Of a stretch of DNA of 64,000 nt, positions 20,598 to 30,187 are shown in pieces. The notes beneath the pieces were generated by a model. The model saw only the letters and a list, made by a program, of their open reading frames with translations. It was not told the origin of the DNA and did not search any database. This DNA is from Candidatus Aminicenantes bacterium. Lineage in GTDB: Bacteria; Acidobacteriota; Aminicenantia; Aminicenantales; JAFGBC01. The translations under genes were made by a program, and so were the position numbers. Position 1 is the first letter of the stretch. The number at the start of each line of letters is the position of its first letter. The DNA lies in assembly GCA_963702005.1 (NCBI GenBank), contig OY969696.1, forward strand, positions 352,001-416,000, given 5' to 3'.

Positions 20598-22193
20598 ATG
20601 GCCAGATATAAAGGGATTGGCGGAAAAAACGGGGAAAGGAAATCCGTAAAGAAACGCTCCTCGGCTCCGGTTCACCGCAGGGCGGCGATCCGGAACAGCC
20701 GGGAGGTTCTCTCCAAGGATGAGGCTCGTTTTCGGGCCCTGTTCGAGGCCGCCGCCGACGCCGTCTTCATCGGAACCCTTGAAGGCCGCATCCTGGATTG
20801 CAACCCGGCTGCCTGCGAGATTTACGGATACGATCGCGAGGAGCTCCTGAAGCTGACGGCCCGCGACCTCATCAGCAAGGAGGTCCTGCCCCGTCTCTCT
20901 AGAGTCAAAAAAGCGATAGCCGCTCGGGGTCGACTGTTTGGCGAGGTTGTCACTCAAAAGAAGGATGGGACCCTGTTTCCCTGCGAGGTCGACGGCCGCC
21001 TGGTCCGGATGGGACGATCCCCCGTCATCGTCGTCTACATTCGGGACATCACCGAGCGCAAGAAGGCCGAGCGGGTCCGCAACGCCGCCTTCCGGATCTC
21101 CGAGGCCGTCCATGCGGCCGAAAACCTTGAAGCCCTCTTCCGCTCCATCCATGCCATCATCTCCGAGCTCATGCCGGCCCGCAATTTTTACATCTCCCTC
21201 TACGACGCCGATCGCGGCCTTCTGACGTTCCCCTACTTCATCGACGAGTTCGACGAGCCGCAAAAACCCAAGAAGCCGGGCAAGGGATTGACCGAGTACG
21301 TCCTTCGCTCGGGCAAGCCCCTGCTGGCTTCTCCCGAAAAATTCGAGGAGCTCCTCCGGAAAAAGAAGGTCGAATCCATCGGAGCCCCTTCGATCGACTG
21401 GCTGGGCGTCCCGCTCAAAGTCAAGGACAGGACGATCGGGGTCATGGTCGTCCAGACCTACACGGAAGGAGTCCGCTATACGGAGGAAGACAAGGCCATC
21501 CTGATGTTCGTCTCGACCCAGGCGGCCATGGCCATCCAACGCAAACGGTCCGAGGACGCCCTCAAGGCCTCGCTCCGGGAGAAGGAGGTCCTCCTCAAAG
21601 AGATCCACCATCGGGTTAAAAACAACCTCCAGGTCGTCTCGAGCCTGATGAACCTCCAGGCCCGCCACCTTAAGGACGGAGAGGCCATGAACCTCCTCAA
21701 GGAGAGCCAGCGCCGCATCCGGTCCATGGCCCTCGTCCACGAAAAGCTCTACCTGTCCAAGGAGATGGCCCGGATCGATATGGCCGGATATGTCGGAAGT
21801 CTGGCCCAGCATCTTTTTCAGTCCTACCGGATCAATCCCTCCCTCATCCGGTTCCGGGCCGACGTCCACGACGTCGCCCTCGACATCAACACGGCCACCC
21901 CCTGCGGCCTTCTCATCAACGAGCTCATCTCAAACTCATTGAAGCACGCCTTCCCCGAGAACCGGCCGGGGCAGGTCGCCGTCGAGTTCAGACCCGAGGG
22001 GGAAGCGGCCTACGTTCTCGTCATCAAGGACGATGGAACCGGGCTCCCCGGGGGGTTCGATTTCCGTCGGACGGACACCCTCGGGATGCAGCTCGTAACC
22101 ATGCTCGTCGAGCAGCTCGACGGGACGATCGAGCTCATCCAGGGCAGCGGCACGGAATTCCGGATCCGGTTCCGGGAGCTCAAGTACCAGTAG
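20598..22193 (+). CDS. PAS-GAF sensor histidine kinase, HisKA_2 family
   Basis: PAS (N.AAC..YGY..EEL...RDITERK), GAF (WLGVPL), EIHHRVKNNLQ H-box, NELISNS.KHAF, DDG.G. Confidence 0.92.
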   Translation: MARYKGIGGKNGERKSVKKRSSAPVHRRAAIRNSREVLSKDEARFRALFEAAADAVFIGTLEGRILDCNPAACEIYGYDREELLKLTARDLISKEVLPRLSRVKKAIAARGRLFGEVVTQKKDGTLFPCEVDGRLVRMGRSPVIVVYIRDITERKKAERVRNAAFRISEAVHAAENLEALFRSIHAIISELMPARNFYISLYDADRGLLTFPYFIDEFDEPQKPKKPGKGLTEYVLRSGKPLLASPEKFEELLRKKKVESIGAPSIDWLGVPLKVKDRTIGVMVVQTYTEGVRYTEEDKAILMFVSTQAAMAIQRKRSEDALKASLREKEVLLKEIHHRVKNNLQVVSSLMNLQARHLKDGEAMNLLKESQRRIRSMALVHEKLYLSKEMARIDMAGYVGSLAQHLFQSYRINPSLIRFRADVHDVALDINTATPCGLLINELISNSLKHAFPENRPGQVAVEFRPEGEAAYVLVIKDDGTGLPGGFDFRRTDTLGMQLVTMLVEQLDGTIELIQGSGTEFRIRFRELKYQ

Positions 22194-22200
22194 CCGAGGG

Positions 22201-23487
22201 ATGCCGATGGCCAGGGCCAAGATCCTCATCGTCGAAGACGAAAGCTTGGTCGCCAAGGACATCCAGGCTATGATCCTGAATCTCGGCTATGCCGTTTCGG
22301 GCCTCGAGGCTTCCGGCGAAAAGGCCCTCCAAAGGATCGAGGAGAATCGGCCAGATCTGGTCCTGATGGACATCGTCCTCAAAGGCCCCCTTGACGGGAT
22401 CGCGACGGCGGAGAAGATCCAAGCCCGCTACAACATTCCGATCGTCTACCTGACCGCCTACGCCGACGAAACGACCGTGACTCGGGCCAAGGCCACCGAG
22501 CCCTTCGGCTATCTCCTCAAGCCTTTCGAGGAACGGGAGCTCCAGACGACGATCGAAATGGCCTTTCATAAGCATGCCCGGGAAACCCAGCTCCTGGAAC
22601 GCGAACGATGGGGCCTTTCCATTCTCAACAACATCCAGGACGCCGTGATCGCCGCCGATGCCCAAGGCCAGATCTCGTTCATGAATGCCCTGTCCGAGCA
22701 GATATCCGGATGGAAGCTGTCCGAAGTCCAGGGACGGCCCGTGTCCGAGGTCCTGAAGGTCCACCTCGAAAAAACCGGCCGGGCGGCGCTCCCCTCCGTC
22801 GAGGCTCTCGTCCGCAGGCGCCGCTGGGTCCCCGGACAGCCGCTCGACTTGACGACCAAAGACCTTCGCCGGATTCCGATCGAAGCGACCGCCACCCTCA
22901 TCCATGATTCGGACGGGAATCCCGGCCAGCTTGTCTTCATTTTCCGCAAGCTGATCCTATCCAAGCGGCATGAGGAGAAGCTCTTTCACCTGGCCGTCCA
23001 CGACGCTCTGACCGGACTTCCCAACCGGCTGCTGTTGGCCGACCGCCTGACCCTGGCCATGGCCCAGGCCCGGCGCAGGAAGCTTCGGATCGCTCTGATT
23101 CTCGTCGACCTGGACGATCTTCAAGCGATCAACGAAAGGCTGGGATCGGCGGCCGGGGATGAGGTCCTCCGGGAAACCGGCCGTCGCCTGATGTCGGCCC
23201 TGCGCAGAAGCGATACGGTCGCCCGGATCCGGGCGGATAAATTCATGCTCGTCCTGGCCGAAATCAAACAGCCGCGCATCGTTCACAGGATCGCCCGAAG
23301 GATCCACGAAGCCCTGAAGCCGCCTGTTCGCTGGAAGGGCGGTTCCCTGTCGTTCTCCACAAGCATCGGCATATGTCTCTTCCCGGACCACGGAGAGGAT
23401 GTCGAAAGCCTGACCCGAAACGCCGAGATCGCCGTCGGCCTGGCCAAAACGTCCGCGCCGAATCGCGTCCATCTCTTTTCGTCCTGA
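22201..23487 (+). CDS. Response regulator REC-PAS-GGDEF (degenerate active site)
   Basis: REC (ILIVED, DLVLMD, LLKP), HDALTGLPNR; A-site reads RADKF instead of GGDEF. Confidence 0.88.
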   Translation: MPMARAKILIVEDESLVAKDIQAMILNLGYAVSGLEASGEKALQRIEENRPDLVLMDIVLKGPLDGIATAEKIQARYNIPIVYLTAYADETTVTRAKATEPFGYLLKPFEERELQTTIEMAFHKHARETQLLERERWGLSILNNIQDAVIAADAQGQISFMNALSEQISGWKLSEVQGRPVSEVLKVHLEKTGRAALPSVEALVRRRRWVPGQPLDLTTKDLRRIPIEATATLIHDSDGNPGQLVFIFRKLILSKRHEEKLFHLAVHDALTGLPNRLLLADRLTLAMAQARRRKLRIALILVDLDDLQAINERLGSAAGDEVLRETGRRLMSALRRSDTVARIRADKFMLVLAEIKQPRIVHRIARRIHEALKPPVRWKGGSLSFSTSIGICLFPDHGEDVESLTRNAEIAVGLAKTSAPNRVHLFSS

Positions 23488-23570
23488 CCGGAGATTCCCT
23501 GCAACCCGCCGCTCCCCCTTGTCTTCAGGGAGGAAATGTTCTATGATCGTACCTCCCCAAGGAAGCGGGC

Positions 23571-24323
23571 ATGAGGAAGGGAACTCGAGCGGGCCGGACG
23601 GATATCGCAGGAAAGGAGACCGACTTGCCATCCCGGGGCCGGACTGATCTTTTTCATCCTCCCCAGACCGCCGGAAAGGACCTCGGGGACGCTCTCGCCG
23701 AAAAAGACGCCCTCCTCAGAGAAGTCCTCCACCAGATCAAGAATCATCTCCAGGTAATCGCCAGTCTTTTAAGCCTTCAATCCGAGTCCATCAAGGACAA
23801 CCGCGTCCTCCGCCTCTTCCGGGAAAGCCAGAACCGCGTCCGGGCCATCTCCCTCGTCTACGAAAAACTCTATCAGTCCGGGTCCACGACGCGTATCGAT
23901 TTCGCCGATTACATCCAAGCCCTGGCCCTCCATCTTGTCCATTCCCTGGAGATCGACCCCAACCGGGTTCGGCTCCGGATGGATCTCCGGAAATCGCTCT
24001 TAGATATTCGGACGGCCATCCCCTGCGGCCTGATCGTCAACGAGCTCGTGTCCAACGCCCTCCAGCACGCCTTTCCCGGAGCCAGGGCCGGAACCATCCA
24101 GGTCGGGCTGAGGCCGTTCCCGGGCCGAACCTTTAAACTCGTCGTCGCCGACAACGGCGTCGGTTGGCCCGTCCGGCTCGATCCCCGGCAGACAAAGACG
24201 CTCGGGCTCCAGATCGTGACCATGCTGACGAACCAAGTCGAGGGAAGCCTCACCCTGAAAAAAGCGAAGGGAACTCGCTTCGAGCTCGTCTTCCGGCAAC
24301 TCAAGTACAGGACCAGGGTTTGA
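23571..24323 (+). CDS. HisKA_2 family histidine kinase without sensor domain
   Basis: EVLHQIKNHLQ, NELVSNA.QHAF, DNGVG, LGL.IV. Confidence 0.85.
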   Translation: MRKGTRAGRTDIAGKETDLPSRGRTDLFHPPQTAGKDLGDALAEKDALLREVLHQIKNHLQVIASLLSLQSESIKDNRVLRLFRESQNRVRAISLVYEKLYQSGSTTRIDFADYIQALALHLVHSLEIDPNRVRLRMDLRKSLLDIRTAIPCGLIVNELVSNALQHAFPGARAGTIQVGLRPFPGRTFKLVVADNGVGWPVRLDPRQTKTLGLQIVTMLTNQVEGSLTLKKAKGTRFELVFRQLKYRTRV

Positions 24324-24411
24324 CCGCCCCGGAATCCGTGATCCCGGCCCGCGGTTAGACACGGCACGGGGAGGAGAGTAAAATAGCCTCGAATAAGCGA
24401 GACGGCAGGAC

Positions 24412-25794
24412 ATGAAGGTTAAAATCCGTGTCCTTGTGGTCGAGGATGAAAGCCTGGTCGGGCGGGACATCCAAAATATGCTGCGGAGCCTCGGCTACAA
24501 CGTCCTGGGACTCGTTTCGACGGGCGAACAGGCCATCCTGAAGGCCGAGGAGCTCGGTCCGGACCTGGTCCTGATGGACATCGTCCTCAAGGGTGAGGTC
24601 GACGGCATCAACGCCGCCGACACGATCTGGGAATCCCTGGGCATCCCCGTCGTCTACCTGACCGCCTACACGGACGAGAGGACTCTTCAACGGGCCAAGA
24701 TGACCGAACCCTTCGGCTACCTCCTCAAGCCGTTCGAGGAACGGGAGCTCCAGACGACGATCGAGATGGCCCTCTACAAGTCCAAGATGGACAAGAAGCT
24801 CAAGGAACGCGGCCGGTGGTTGACGACCATCCTCCACAGTATCGGGGACGGCATCATCGCCACGGACAAGGAGGGCCGGATCGCGTTCATGAATCCCCTG
24901 GCGGAGCGGCTGACGGGCTGGGGCGAGGAAGATGCCATGAACAAGCCTCTCTCCGACGTCTTCCGGGCCGAGGCCGACGGCGCGGCGTTCCCGCAAAGCC
25001 TTCTCTCGGCGGCAAGGCCGTCCGAAAGCGCCGACGCCATCCTGTCCAGCCAATCCGTCCTCCTTACCAAGTCCGGACTTCCGCTCCCCATCGAAGGGAC
25101 GCTTGCCCCAATCCGTGATGATAAGGGGATTCCCATGGGAGGAGTCCTCGTTTTCCGCGATATCACCGAACGCCAACGGGCCGAGGCCGACCTCAAGGCG
25201 AGCTTGGAAAAATTCCGGCGAGCCCTCGACGCGACGATCCAGGCCATGGGCTTGACGATCGAGATGAGGGACCCCTACACGGCCGGCCATCAGCGCCGCG
25301 TCAGCAAGTTGTCCTGCGCAATCGCCCAAGAGATGGGAATCTCCCCGAATCAAATCGACGGGCTGCGCATGGCCGGGGATATCCACGACATCGGCAAGAT
25401 CTACATCCCGGCCGAGATCCTGAGCAAGCCCGGCCAGCTGACCGATATCGAGTTCACCATCATCAAAACCCATCCCCAGGTCGGATTCGACATCCTCAAG
25501 GCGATCGATTTCCCCTGGCCGATTGCCCAGATCGTCCTCCAGCATCACGAGCGGCTCAACGGCTCCGGCTACCCGGCCGGGCTCAAGGGAAACGAGATCC
25601 TGCTCGAAGCCCGGATCCTGCTCGTGGCCGACGTCGTCGAAGCCATGTCTTCCCACCGCCCTTACCGGCCCGCCCACGGCATCGAGCGCGCCCTCGGAGA
25701 AATCCAAACCCAAAGCGGCCAGCTTTACGACCCCGCCGTCGTCGAAGCCTGCGTCCATCTCTTCCGGGACAAAGGATTCGTCCTCGACAAATGA
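24412..25794 (+). CDS. Response regulator REC-PAS-HD-GYP phosphodiesterase
   Basis: REC; RDPYT.GH, IHDIGK, HHERLNGSGYP, ADV.EAM.SHRPYR. Confidence 0.93.
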   Translation: MKVKIRVLVVEDESLVGRDIQNMLRSLGYNVLGLVSTGEQAILKAEELGPDLVLMDIVLKGEVDGINAADTIWESLGIPVVYLTAYTDERTLQRAKMTEPFGYLLKPFEERELQTTIEMALYKSKMDKKLKERGRWLTTILHSIGDGIIATDKEGRIAFMNPLAERLTGWGEEDAMNKPLSDVFRAEADGAAFPQSLLSAARPSESADAILSSQSVLLTKSGLPLPIEGTLAPIRDDKGIPMGGVLVFRDITERQRAEADLKASLEKFRRALDATIQAMGLTIEMRDPYTAGHQRRVSKLSCAIAQEMGISPNQIDGLRMAGDIHDIGKIYIPAEILSKPGQLTDIEFTIIKTHPQVGFDILKAIDFPWPIAQIVLQHHERLNGSGYPAGLKGNEILLEARILLVADVVEAMSSHRPYRPAHGIERALGEIQTQSGQLYDPAVVEACVHLFRDKGFVLDK

Positions 25795-26039
25795 GGCGCG
25801 GCGCCCCTCCTCTCTTGCTCGTCCTGGCTGTCCTCCTCTCCCTCCTGGGCGTCGGAGCCTTCATATATCTGTTCGCCCCGATCTTCAATATCTACTGGTT
25901 CATCCTGGCCCCGATCATCCTGGCCCTTTATCAGCTCCCGGCCGTCTATATGTTTCTCCTTTGGAAGAGACGGGCCCGGAACGCGGGCGAACGGAGCGAA
26001 CGGATCAAGAAGGAGAAGAACGCCCCCGACGGGATTTGA
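25791..26039 (+). CDS. Small two-TM membrane protein
   Basis: Two hydrophobic segments, ATGA overlap with upstream gene; last codons overlap tRNA-Glu antisense. Confidence 0.5.
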   Translation: MRRGAPPLLLVLAVLLSLLGVGAFIYLFAPIFNIYWFILAPIILALYQLPAVYMFLLWKRRARNAGERSERIKKEKNAPDGI

Positions 26040-26095
26040 ACCCGTGTTGCCGCCGTGAAAGGGCGATGTCCTGGACCGGGCTAGACGACAGGGGC
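26021..26095 (-). tRNA. tRNA-Glu (TTC)
   Basis: GCCCCTG/CGGGGGC acceptor, CT-TTC-AC anticodon loop, GGTTCAAATCC. Confidence 0.96.
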
Positions 26096-26107
26096 AGGGA
26101 AAGTCTT

Positions 26108-26179
26108 TGAGCCGTGCTGGACTCGAACCAGCGACACCCGGCTTAAAAGGCCGGTGCTCTCCCTCTGAGCTAACGGCCC
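26108..26179 (-). tRNA. tRNA-Lys (TTT)
   Basis: GGGCCGT/ACGGCTC acceptor, CT-TTT-AA anticodon loop, GGTTCGAGTCC; TTGACT...TATAAA promoter upstream. Confidence 0.97.
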
Positions 26180-26246
26180 GCTCTAAAGAACCCTATTTAT
26201 AACCAAACTTCTGAGAAGAGTCAACAACCGCCGGAAAGCCGCCGGT

Positions 26247-26942
26247 TCAGCTAATGGTTTTGATGTCGGTGATGACCCATCTCCCGCGGCGCATCCGGTT
26301 GAGAGTCTCATCTTTGAGGTTGTAGAGTCTGAGCTGAAAGAGGTAGGTTTTTTCGGCTCCGGCCTTGGTGACGACCTTGACCTCCGTTTCCTTGAACTGG
26401 ACCTCACCGGTCAGGTCACGGATGTTGGGGACCTCTTTCTCGCCCAGCGAAAAGATGGAGATCTCCTCCTCGCGGGCGGCCGCGGACTTGGCGTCATTGT
26501 AATCCTTCTGGAGCTGTTTGTGGGCTTCGAATTCCTGGTCGTACTTGGCCTGGAGATCGTCGACCTTCTTCTGGGCCGCGACCTTGGCCGCCTTGGTCCG
26601 GGCGTTGTCGAGATCTTCCTTAGCGATATCGAGAACGTCCTTGGCGTCGAGCGTCGGGCCGACGTGGTCTTCGAGTTTCTTCTTGAGTTCCGCTTCCTTC
26701 TTGCTCATATCGGGGAGAGGGGCGGGTTGGACCTTGGTCTCGCTGAGCTTGGCGATCTGGAATGATTTGAAATCGATGTCGGTCGGCGCGACGGCGATCG
26801 TCGACATGGTCGTGACGTCATTGAGCTGGATGGCGTGGAAATACCTGTCGATGACGGCCCTGTCGGGCTGCGAGGTGCAGCTGGAGAAAGCGGCGACGAC
26901 GAGAAGGATCGCGCCGAGGAGATAAAGGCTCTTCTTTCCCAT
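26247..26942 (-). CDS. Hypothetical lipoprotein with coiled-coil insert
   Basis: Signal peptide ending FSSC lipobox; AGGAGG SD. Confidence 0.7.
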   Translation of the reverse strand: MGKKSLYLLGAILLVVAAFSSCTSQPDRAVIDRYFHAIQLNDVTTMSTIAVAPTDIDFKSFQIAKLSETKVQPAPLPDMSKKEAELKKKLEDHVGPTLDAKDVLDIAKEDLDNARTKAAKVAAQKKVDDLQAKYDQEFEAHKQLQKDYNDAKSAAAREEEISIFSLGEKEVPNIRDLTGEVQFKETEVKVVTKAGAEKTYLFQLRLYNLKDETLNRMRRGRWVITDIKTIS

Positions 26943-27126
26943 TAGTCCTCCTTCCTAGGATGTCGATGGATACCCATATTCTCTACGGATTTTACTTTTT
27001 TTTCAAGCAAAAAAGCAAGCGCGGCCGGGGCCTCCTTTCTCAAGAACGGCCTGCCGGAGATAAAAACGAATTGCCCGATCCAGAGATTTATGCTAATTTT
27101 ATATGCTTCAAGACAGGAACAATGCC

Positions 27127-28935
27127 ATGATGCCAATTCAAACCATCATCACCCGCTACCGGAAGGACCCGACCCGGCTCATCGACATCCTCCGCGAGGT
27201 CCAGGCCGATCGGGGCTGCATCGACCGAGACAGCCGGGCCGAGATCGGCGGCGCCCTGGGCCTGTCCGAGGTCGAGGTCGAGGGCGTCGTCAGCTTCTAC
27301 CATTTCTTCTCCCGGACGCCCGTCGGCCGCTATGCCGTCTACCTGAATAATTCCATCATGTCCCAGATGAAGGGCCGGGCCGCAGTCGCCCGGACCTTCG
27401 AGAGGGAAGCCGGCTGCCGTTTCGGATCCGTAAGCCCCGATGGCCTCATCGGCCTCCATGACGCCTCTTGCCTGGGCATGAGCGATCAAGAGCCTTCGGC
27501 CATCATCAACGGCGTTATTTTCACGCGTCTGACGCCGACGAGGGTCCGGTCGCTCGTCCTGGGAATGAAATTGGGACGGAAGGCCCAGGACCTCGTGACC
27601 GAATACGGGGATGGGGCCAACCAATCCTCGCTGATCAAGGCCATGGTCTCCAATAATATCCGGAAGAAAGGGCCGATCCTATTCGGCCCCTACGATTCCG
27701 GAGTCGCGATCCGGAGAGCCCTCTCCCGGAGTCCAGAGGAGATCGTGGCGGAAATCAAGAACGCAGGCCTCCTGGGCAGGGGAGGGGCGGGCTTCCCGAC
27801 CGGTCTTAAGTGGGACCTTTGCCGGAGGCAAAAAAGCGGCCGCCACTACGTCGTCGGCAACGCCGATGAGGGCGAACCGGGGACGTTCAAGGACCGCGTC
27901 ATTCTGACCGAGCTCCCGCGTCTCCTTTTCGAGGGCATGAGCATCGCCGGCTACGCAATCGGCGCGGCCGAAGGGATTCTCTACCTCCGAGCCGAATATG
28001 CTTATCTCCGCGATTATCTGGAAAGCGTTTTGGAAGCCCTCCGCGCCGAGAATCTCTTGGGAAAAGACATCGCCAATCATCCCGGATTCCATTTCGACAT
28101 CACCATAAAAAGCGGCGCCGGAGCCTACGTCTGCGGCGAGGAATCGGGACTCCTCCAATCGGCCGAAGGAAAAAGGGGGGAGCCCCGGAACCGCCCCCCC
28201 TTCCCGGTTGAGACCGGATATCTCAACGAGTCGACCACGGTCAACAACGTGGAGACGCTCTGCGCAGCCGCCCTGATTATCGCTCACGGAGCCCCCTGGT
28301 TCCGTTCCCTGGGAACCTCCCGGTCGACCGGCACTAAGCTCCTCAGCGTTTCTGGAGATTGCGAACGACCCGGCATTTACGAAGTCGAATTTGGGCTGAC
28401 CATCCAGGAACTCCTCGACATGGCCGGCTCGAAAGACGCCTATGCCGTCCAGGTTGGAGGTCCGTCGGGGACATGCGTCGCCCGGCCGGACTTCTGCCGG
28501 AAGATATGCTTCGAAGACCTTCCCACCGGTGGATCGGTCATCATTTTCGGCCCCTGGCGCGACCTCTTCGAAATCGTCCAGAACTTCATGGATTTCTTCA
28601 TCGAGGAATCCTGCGGCTGGTGCACGCCCTGCCGCGTCGGCAACGCCCTTCTCAAGGGAAAACTCGAAAAGATCATCGCCGGCCGAGGGACGGAAGACGA
28701 CTTAAGGGAGATGGAAAACTGGGGCCGGCTCATTAAAGCCTTCAGCCGCTGCGGTCTCGGTCAGACCTCCCCCAATCCCATCCTGACAACGCTCCAGGGT
28801 TTTCGGGAACACTACATGAAAGTCCTCCGGAAAGATGCCCCCTTCGTCCCTGACTTCGACCTCGGCGCTGCGACGCTCGAAGCCGCTCTCGCCACGAATC
28901 GCCCCCCTATATTAGAGGAGGCCTCTCATGAGTGA
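27127..28935 (+). CDS. hoxF: NAD-reducing hydrogenase diaphorase subunit (NuoE-like + NuoF-like)
   Basis: GRGGAGFPTG.KW, NADEGEPGTFKDR, GAGAYVCGEE, ESCG.CTPCR.G, S.CGLG. Confidence 0.92.
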   Translation: MMPIQTIITRYRKDPTRLIDILREVQADRGCIDRDSRAEIGGALGLSEVEVEGVVSFYHFFSRTPVGRYAVYLNNSIMSQMKGRAAVARTFEREAGCRFGSVSPDGLIGLHDASCLGMSDQEPSAIINGVIFTRLTPTRVRSLVLGMKLGRKAQDLVTEYGDGANQSSLIKAMVSNNIRKKGPILFGPYDSGVAIRRALSRSPEEIVAEIKNAGLLGRGGAGFPTGLKWDLCRRQKSGRHYVVGNADEGEPGTFKDRVILTELPRLLFEGMSIAGYAIGAAEGILYLRAEYAYLRDYLESVLEALRAENLLGKDIANHPGFHFDITIKSGAGAYVCGEESGLLQSAEGKRGEPRNRPPFPVETGYLNESTTVNNVETLCAAALIIAHGAPWFRSLGTSRSTGTKLLSVSGDCERPGIYEVEFGLTIQELLDMAGSKDAYAVQVGGPSGTCVARPDFCRKICFEDLPTGGSVIIFGPWRDLFEIVQNFMDFFIEESCGWCTPCRVGNALLKGKLEKIIAGRGTEDDLREMENWGRLIKAFSRCGLGQTSPNPILTTLQGFREHYMKVLRKDAPFVPDFDLGAATLEAALATNRPPILEEASHE

Positions 28936-29623
28936 GCTGATGTTCACGATCGACGGAAAGCCTTGCGGGGCCAAAGCGGGCCAGACCATCGTCGAAGCCG
29001 CCCGGGCCAACGGCATCTACATTCCCGTGCTCTGTTATTGTGAAGGGCTGAAGCCCGCCGGCAGCTGCCGGGTCTGCACGGTCAGGGTCGGCGGGCGATT
29101 CATGGCGGCCTGCACCCAGCCCGTCGCCGAGGGCATGGTCGTGGAGAACGCGGTGCCCGACCTTGAGGACATGCGGAGGGCTATCATCGAGATGCTCTTT
29201 GTCGAGGGAAACCACATGTGCCCGACCTGCGAGAAGAGCGGCAACTGCGAACTCCAAGCCCTGGCTTACCGCTTCAAGATGATGGCCCCCCGTTTCCCCT
29301 TCCAATGGCCCCGGCGCCAGACCGACGGCTCCCTTCCCAAGATCATCATGGAGCATAATCGCTGCATCCAGTGCCGACGCTGTGTCCGGGCCGTCCAAGC
29401 CGGGGACGGCCGATCCGTCTTCAGCGTCCACAACCGGTCCCGTAAGGCCCTTTTAGCCGTCGATCCCGAGCTGGCCGCCAAGCTCGACGACGAAACGGCC
29501 CGAAAGGCCATGGACGTCTGTCCGGTCGGGGCCATCCTCCGTAAGGAAGTCGGCTTCGCCGTCCCGATCGGGCGCCGCAAGTTCGACCACGCCCCGATCG
29601 GAAGCGATATCGAGACGAAATGA
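28928..29623 (+). CDS. hoxU: Diaphorase Fe-S subunit (NuoG N-terminus-like)
   Basis: GSCRVC..ACT, GNH.CP.CEKSGNCELQ, CIQCRRC, CPVGAI. Confidence 0.92.
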   Translation: MSELMFTIDGKPCGAKAGQTIVEAARANGIYIPVLCYCEGLKPAGSCRVCTVRVGGRFMAACTQPVAEGMVVENAVPDLEDMRRAIIEMLFVEGNHMCPTCEKSGNCELQALAYRFKMMAPRFPFQWPRRQTDGSLPKIIMEHNRCIQCRRCVRAVQAGDGRSVFSVHNRSRKALLAVDPELAAKLDDETARKAMDVCPVGAILRKEVGFAVPIGRRKFDHAPIGSDIETK

Positions 29624-29632
29624 GGCCGGACC

Positions 29633-30175
29633 ATGACTAAACCCGTCATTGCGACCGCGTCCCTAGCCGGCTGTTTCGGCTGCCACATGTCCTTCCTGGA
29701 CATCGACGAGCGGATCCTCAAGCTCATCGAGCTCGTCGAATTCCATAAGTCCCCGATCGATGACATCAAGACCTTCCAGAAGCCCTGCGACATCGGCCTC
29801 ATCGAGGGCGGCTGCTGCAACAGCGAGAACGTCGAAGTCCTCCGCTCTTTCCGGAAGAACTGCAAGATCCTGGTCTCGGTCGGGGAGTGCGCCATCATGG
29901 GCGGCCTGCCCGCCATGCGGAATGCCATTCCGATCAAGGACTGCCTGGAAGAGGCCTACCTTCACTCGCCGACGACCGAGGGCAACACGATCATCCCCAA
30001 CGACAAGGAGCTCCCCCTCATCCTGGACAAAGTCTATCCCTGCCATGAGATCGTCAAGGTCGACGCCTTCCTCCCCGGCTGCCCGCCTTCGGCCGACCTG
30101 ATCTGGGAAGCCTTGAACGCCCTCGTCGAGGGCCGTCCCCTCAACCTAACCTACGACCTCATCAAATTCGACTGA
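29633..30175 (+). CDS. hoxY: [NiFe] hydrogenase small subunit
   Basis: GCFGCHMS, G.CA..GG, PGCPP. Confidence 0.93.
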   Translation: MTKPVIATASLAGCFGCHMSFLDIDERILKLIELVEFHKSPIDDIKTFQKPCDIGLIEGGCCNSENVEVLRSFRKNCKILVSVGECAIMGGLPAMRNAIPIKDCLEEAYLHSPTTEGNTIIPNDKELPLILDKVYPCHEIVKVDAFLPGCPPSADLIWEALNALVEGRPLNLTYDLIKFD

Positions 30176-30187
30176 AGGACCGACGTT

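Noticed and set aside
20408-26179. tRNA-anchored genomic island
   Set aside because: No integrase and no duplicated tRNA 3' end seen; codon style similar to flanks.
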